The notes under the pieces are model-generated. The model worked only from the letters and a program-made list of their open reading frames with translations, had not been told where the DNA came from and ran no database searches. A DNA stretch of 64,000 nucleotides. It comes from a candidate division FCPU426 bacterium (GTDB lineage: Bacteria > Oederibacteriota > Muellerivitia > Muellerivitales > Muellerivitaceae). The stretch is taken from assembly GCA_963771075.1 (NCBI GenBank), contig CAVYSE010000016.1:1-64000 (forward strand), written 5' to 3'. Shown here one piece after another: positions 59,326 to 64,000 of this stretch (the first letter of the stretch is position 1; each line of letters begins with the position of its first letter). The translations under genes were made by a program, and so were the position numbers.

Positions 59326-60852
59326 ATGAAAAATTGGATTCTTTTCTTTTGCCTCGTTACGGGATTAATCGGATGGAACATAGCCTGCGGTCCGAAATCT
59401 TCCACCCCTACCACACCGGCCAATAATAATCCTCCCGCCGCGACCAATACCTTCACGGCAACCGCATCACCTACCGCAACGGGGGTAAATACCGTTACAA
59501 GCACGCCGACGAAGACTTCAACGGTTACCAGCACCATCACGGTCACCCCGACCATTACGGGAACCATTACGAGTACCGCCACGTCAACCACCACGGGGAC
59601 CCAAACGGACTCACCCACACCGACCACGACACCTACGCCAACCGAGACTCCAACGGTTACAAATTCTCCCACGATAACTGACAGTCCCACCAATTCTCCA
59701 ACCGTCAGTTACGCCACCTACCAAGCGACCTACACTTTCCCAAGTGATACCCAAGGATTTGCGGCGATCGGACAGATCGGCGGTAATCAGGTGACTATCC
59801 CCACGGGATGGACCAACAGCTTGAGCCCGGCCCCACCCGCCGGTGGAAACGCGATCACGGTGGCCGCTCCCTTTAATCTTGCGACCACTTGGACGTCCCA
59901 GCCTCCCGACAACGTGATCGTCGGCGTGGCATTCAGCACTCCGATCAACTTGAACGCTGGAAGCGTGATTACATTCGCTTACGAGTGTCCAGGCAATACG
60001 ACAAGCACTAGCGCGCAAATTGTCTTATATGCGGCCACTGGTAGCGCCTCCGGGGGGTCTCTTCCTGGCGGCTGGGTAAACACCCTTTCCACAACTTGGA
60101 GCCAGTGTGGAATTACGATCAGCAGTGCCGCAACAGGCGTCACGGAAATCGGGATGCAACTCTTATACGGCGGCGGGGCATCGAATTACGCGCATGTCGG
60201 GCCTGTCACTGTCAATATAGCCTCGGTTTCGATCACCGATGGGCCTTCGGTCCTGCCAACCGCCACCTATACTCCAACCATGATTCCCAATTACTCGATC
60301 ACCTTCGAAGATGGTTCCGTGGATAGTTTCTGGGAAAACAGTCCAGCGACTTCAACGGGGTGTGTAATTTCGGCTCAATCGTATAGCACCCTGGGAATCA
60401 CGGGCCTTACAACTCTTACGAACCCGAACAACTATGGAATGGATATGACCAATACAAGCGCGGGTGGTACATGGCAGCAAGCCGCAATGAATTATATTAA
60501 TATTGGGGGCGGCACCAACGGGTTCCCCATGGACTTCACGTCTCTGGGAGCCGTAGGCGTCCGTTGCGAAATGTATGCGATGCCAAATGTAACATCCTGG
60601 GCGGGTGGCGATATTGATATTGTCACAAGCGGAAGTACTTATGGTATCGGTGGCGCTAGTAATCTCGTCCCCGGAGGGTATTCCTTTACCAATCTCACGG
60701 TTGGGTCGTGGGTAGAAGTCGCTTACGAACCAACAGGAGGTAATTGGTCTACCGACAAAACAAACGTAACGGGACTTATCGTTGAGGATACCTTCGGGGG
60801 CGGACAGGCCGCGACCTCGGACGTCATTGTGGACGATATCGAATTTTATTGA
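59326..60852 (+). CDS. Thr-rich lipoprotein with probable carbohydrate-binding beta-sandwich domains
   Basis: Lipobox-like NIAC, long Thr/Pro linker, two beta-rich domains, ends VIVDDIEFY. Confidence 0.7.
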   Translation: MKNWILFFCLVTGLIGWNIACGPKSSTPTTPANNNPPAATNTFTATASPTATGVNTVTSTPTKTSTVTSTITVTPTITGTITSTATSTTTGTQTDSPTPTTTPTPTETPTVTNSPTITDSPTNSPTVSYATYQATYTFPSDTQGFAAIGQIGGNQVTIPTGWTNSLSPAPPAGGNAITVAAPFNLATTWTSQPPDNVIVGVAFSTPINLNAGSVITFAYECPGNTTSTSAQIVLYAATGSASGGSLPGGWVNTLSTTWSQCGITISSAATGVTEIGMQLLYGGGASNYAHVGPVTVNIASVSITDGPSVLPTATYTPTMIPNYSITFEDGSVDSFWENSPATSTGCVISAQSYSTLGITGLTTLTNPNNYGMDMTNTSAGGTWQQAAMNYINIGGGTNGFPMDFTSLGAVGVRCEMYAMPNVTSWAGGDIDIVTSGSTYGIGGASNLVPGGYSFTNLTVGSWVEVAYEPTGGNWSTDKTNVTGLIVEDTFGGGQAATSDVIVDDIEFY

Positions 60853-60870
60853 GCCGTACACAACACAGTC

Positions 60871-60907
60871 AAAAAGCGGCCCGCCTTCGGGGTGGGCCGC
60901 TTTTTTT
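60871..60907 (+). terminator. Rho-independent terminator
   Basis: AAAAAGCGGCCCGCC-TTCG-GGGTGGGCCGC-TTTTTTT just after the stop codon. Confidence 0.9.
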
Positions 60908-60963
60908 ATAAGTTTTTTCAACGTGTTCTTGAAGCCTTTCGGTTATAAAATCTCTTCTCACTT

Positions 60964-62052
60964 ATGAACCCCACTAACCTATCCCGTCGTAGTTACCTTG
61001 TTTTATCTTCCAAGGGTTCGGGCACCGGATGCGCCCTCCGGGCCTTCTATATCGCCGAGGCCTTGAGGCGGAAGGGCCATACCGTCCATTTTCCCAAGCC
61101 CCTCCCCACCTTGCCCGGTTGGATTGATATGGCCTTCGCGAGTTTTTATTATTTCCTCTATTCCCTATTTGTTCGTTCGGACTTGGCCCTTTGTATAAAA
61201 CCCTACCCCATGGCCGTCCCAGCCCTATGGGTACAGAGGTTAAAGGGCGCAAAAGTTATCTTTGACGTAGACGACGTGGATTACGCCTATAGCCACGGGC
61301 TCTTCCTCAAATTCCACCAATGGCTCCAAAGGCCCTGGCCCAATTGGGCCGACCGGGTGACCTACCACAATCCTAAACTTAAGGAAACTTTGCGGGATTT
61401 TTTCAAAGTTCCGAATTCAAAAATGCTTCAGTTGTCCCAGGGCGTGGACACCACGATCTTTAACACCGATGCCCTCCAAAAAAACGAACTCCCTTTGGGT
61501 GTGAATTCATGGGATCAAACCCGAAAGGGTCCCCTTTTGGGTTTCACCGCACATTTGAACGTGGCCTGTGATTTGGGCCCGGCTTTGGAGGCTTTTAGGT
61601 TCGTCCTTAAATCTTCTCCTAACGCCAGGCTCCTGGTGGCGGGAGGGGGGCCAGATGAGGGAAAATTTAAAGCCCAGGCCCAAGCCTTGGGCCTGTCGGA
61701 TTCCATCCTTTTTACCGGTCTCATTAAGCCCAGTCAGGTGGCGGCTTGCCTGAAGCTATCCGACGTTGTGCTGGTCTACTATGCCGACAACCCCGCCAAC
61801 CAACACCGGTCCTCAATGAAACTTCGGGAATCCCTTGCTTGCGGTCGGAAGGTGGTGGCGACCCAGGTAGGAGAAGCCGCTTCTTGGAAAAAAGCCCTAT
61901 TCCTATCTAAAGCTGACCCTTTAAGCTTTTCCAAGGCCATTTGGGGAGCCCTCAAGGCTAAAAAAAACCCACCCCAAGCGGCTTTACTGGTAAAAAAGTG
62001 GGGCTGGGATACCTGTGTGCGACCCTTGGAAAAGGACTGGAACATCCTTTGA
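60964..62052 (+). CDS. GT4 glycosyltransferase
   Basis: FDVDD, QGVD, LLVAGGGPD, SSMKLRESLACGRKVVAT. Confidence 0.88.
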   Translation: MNPTNLSRRSYLVLSSKGSGTGCALRAFYIAEALRRKGHTVHFPKPLPTLPGWIDMAFASFYYFLYSLFVRSDLALCIKPYPMAVPALWVQRLKGAKVIFDVDDVDYAYSHGLFLKFHQWLQRPWPNWADRVTYHNPKLKETLRDFFKVPNSKMLQLSQGVDTTIFNTDALQKNELPLGVNSWDQTRKGPLLGFTAHLNVACDLGPALEAFRFVLKSSPNARLLVAGGGPDEGKFKAQAQALGLSDSILFTGLIKPSQVAACLKLSDVVLVYYADNPANQHRSSMKLRESLACGRKVVATQVGEAASWKKALFLSKADPLSFSKAIWGALKAKKNPPQAALLVKKWGWDTCVRPLEKDWNIL

Positions 62053-63014
62053 TGCGACGCCTTAGTTCTTTCGCCTTCCTGTTAGGCCCACTTCTTCTTT
62101 ATCTTCTTTTAAAATCGGTCGACCTGAAGGCCGCTATGCATATCCTTGAATCGGCCAGTCCCTTCTGGGTCATCCTGTCTTTCTTGTTTATCCTTCCCGA
62201 AATCATCCTCAAAGCCTTCCGCATCAGCGGTTTGGCGGGCATATTCCACTCCCGATTGACCGTGAAGGATTCCATGCAGATATACCTGGCGGGTCAGCCC
62301 CTATCCGCAGTCACCCCCGCCAAGTTGGGTGACATCGTGCGGGTTCTTGGGATTATCCGCTGGGGAAACTTACGCCCCCATTGCGCCTTTGCCGTGCATG
62401 TGGCCGATAAGGTATATGACCTGTTGGCCCTCGGCCTCCTGGCGGCGATCGGAATGATTTCGCTCATTCTTCAAAACCAAAACCAAGCTCCCGCCGAGGC
62501 CGCGCTTCTGGGAATAGGGATTGGAATTATCCTGATGGCCCTGGTCTTGAATCCCGAGTGGATGAAACTGGTTTTGAAACCGCTCTTGCTGTTACTTGCC
62601 CCTAAAAAGCTAGCGGAACAATTCTCGGCCCATGGGCGGGATTTTTATAAGGAACTCCATAGCCTCTTTCAACCCGCCCGCCTCTTCGGGCCTTTCGCCC
62701 TCTCCCTCCTGGCATGGGTCACCGTTATCATTCGCGCTTATTTTTGCGCCCTGGCCTTGGGACTCCCCCTGACCTTCACCTCCATTGCCCTGCTCCTGCC
62801 GGTGGTGATCGTGATAGAATTTATCCCCATCACTATCCTCGGTTTTGGAACCCGGGAGGCCGCCTTGTTCGTTTTTTTCGCTTCAGCCCTGATCGATAAA
62901 TCCGGGCTTGTTTCCTTTTCATTCATGATGGTTCTGGCGGGTCCAATCTTCACCGCGCTGGCGGGAATTCCTTTTGCCATGAAACTCAGCGCCCAGTTAA
63001 AGGCGAACCCATGA
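62052..63014 (+). CDS. Lysylphosphatidylglycerol-synthase TM-domain / flippase-like protein
   Basis: TPAKLGDIVR, DKVYDL, IPITILGFGTREA; polytopic; TGATG overlap with the upstream gene. Confidence 0.85.
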   Translation: MRRLSSFAFLLGPLLLYLLLKSVDLKAAMHILESASPFWVILSFLFILPEIILKAFRISGLAGIFHSRLTVKDSMQIYLAGQPLSAVTPAKLGDIVRVLGIIRWGNLRPHCAFAVHVADKVYDLLALGLLAAIGMISLILQNQNQAPAEAALLGIGIGIILMALVLNPEWMKLVLKPLLLLLAPKKLAEQFSAHGRDFYKELHSLFQPARLFGPFALSLLAWVTVIIRAYFCALALGLPLTFTSIALLLPVVIVIEFIPITILGFGTREAALFVFFASALIDKSGLVSFSFMMVLAGPIFTALAGIPFAMKLSAQLKANP

Positions 63015-64000
63015 AAATTCTCCCTTACAGCGTGGTCATCGCGGTGGACCGTACCGACAAGGAACTTCCGGTACTGAAGGGACTTCGTGCCCTGCCGCTT
63101 TCCGAACGTCCCCGGGAAATCTTCGCCAGCGTGGGGCGGAATCCCTCCCTCCAACGCAACCTTGGCGTCGGACAATGCCGGTCCCCATTCGTTTATTTCC
63201 TCGATGATGACAGCGTGGTCGCGTCGGGCACCCCCACCCATCTGCTTTCTCATTTCGAGGACAAACGCACCGCAGTGGCGGGAGGCCCCAACCTGGTTCC
63301 CCCCGACGCCTCCTCCTTCGAGCGTACCGTCAATTCGGTCCTGGCCTCCTGGATGGGCAGTTTCAAGGTGCGTTACCGATACGCGGCCATCGGATCGGTG
63401 AAGGAGGCCACGGAGAGCGACTTGATCCTCTGCAACATGATGGTGCGGCGGGAAGTGTTCCAAGGCCAGAAGGGTTTCCGGGTCGATTTGTACCCCAATG
63501 AAGAGAATGAGTTCCTCAACCGCTTGATGCACCACTCTTACCGTTTAGTCTACGATCCCCGCGGGGCGGTTTACCGCTCCCGGCGAAAGAGCCTGCAGGC
63601 CTTCTGCGTCCAAGCCTTCCGCTATGGCCGCGGAAGGGCCCGCCAGATCAAGGTCTATCCCTGTCTGTCGGACTTGATCCACTTGACTCCCCTTTTCTTC
63701 GTTTTTTATCTTTTGACCCTTCCCCTTTCCCTTTTCATTTACGTGCCCCATTCGAATCTTTTCGAGGGTTTCTGGTGGTCCCCCTTTCTCCTATTCGGCG
63801 CCCTTTCTTTGGGAACGGGAATTTCCGCCGCTTCCTGGCACCGCCGGGCGATGGATACGGTGAAAGTTCCCATACTGATTTTCCTCCGCCATTTCCTTTA
63901 CGGCATAGGGCTTCTGGTTGGTTTTCTGACCGCCCCGCTCAAACCCGTCCAGGAAGCCAAACTATTCCAGGTTCGGTGGACGAAAGATTCCTATAAGATG
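63011..64000 (+). CDS. GT2 glycosyltransferase (partial; absent from the ORF track)
   Basis: My translation from the ATG at 63011: MKILPYSVVI...NPSLQRNLGV...FVYFLDDDS...AVAGGP...ILCNMMVRR...LYPNEENE. Appears open to the window end. Confidence 0.9.
   Translation, partial: MKILPYSVVIAVDRTDKELPVLKGLRALPLSERPREIFASVGRNPSLQRNLGVGQCRSPFVYFLDDDSVVASGTPTHLLSHFEDKRTAVAGGPNLVPPDASSFERTVNSVLASWMGSFKVRYRYAAIGSVKEATESDLILCNMMVRREVFQGQKGFRVDLYPNEENEFLNRLMHHSYRLVYDPRGAVYRSRRKSLQAFCVQAFRYGRGRARQIKVYPCLSDLIHLTPLFFVFYLLTLPLSLFIYVPHSNLFEGFWWSPFLLFGALSLGTGISAASWHRRAMDTVKVPILIFLRHFLYGIGLLVGFLTAPLKPVQEAKLFQVRWTKDSYKM

Overview
Gene-dense bacterial chromosomal window, probably from a diderm environmental lineage. 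About seven single-base frameshifts, mostly in homopolymer runs, look like long-read assembly errors. In order it contains: surface-glycan genes; a circularly permuted ATP-grasp / alpha-E / Anbu / transglutaminase operon; a heme cluster with a HemD-HemE fusion; two internally deleted transposon remnants (RAYT/Y1-like and IS1182-like); a GH43-malectin hydrolase; an aminotransferase; a pseudouridine synthase; and a YfhO-like protein. The highlight is a tightly coupled 10-gene minus-strand operon (27058-38379). It joins a dedicated type II FAS/PKS cassette (KS, Cys-less KS partner, ACP, dehydratase, ketoreductase, PPTase; no enoyl reductase) to a PhcB-like SAM methyltransferase, a RetSat/CrtI-like flavoprotein and PhcS/PhcR-like signalling proteins. 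I infer a self-contained lipid-methyl-ester quorum-sensing system that builds its own acyl chain. Just upstream on the same strand is a degenerate NtrC / kinase / pseudo-receiver-Fis module. The rest holds GT9, Thr/Pro-rich secreted proteins, lemA-htpX, dksA, an NHL protein, a UDP-GlcA decarboxylase, two B12 radical SAM enzymes (one with a CX12CX2C motif) and more glycosyltransferases. Degenerate palindromic elements sit in several intra-operon spacers. No rRNA, intact tRNA or CRISPR array was seen. All family calls come from motif recognition; no searches were run.
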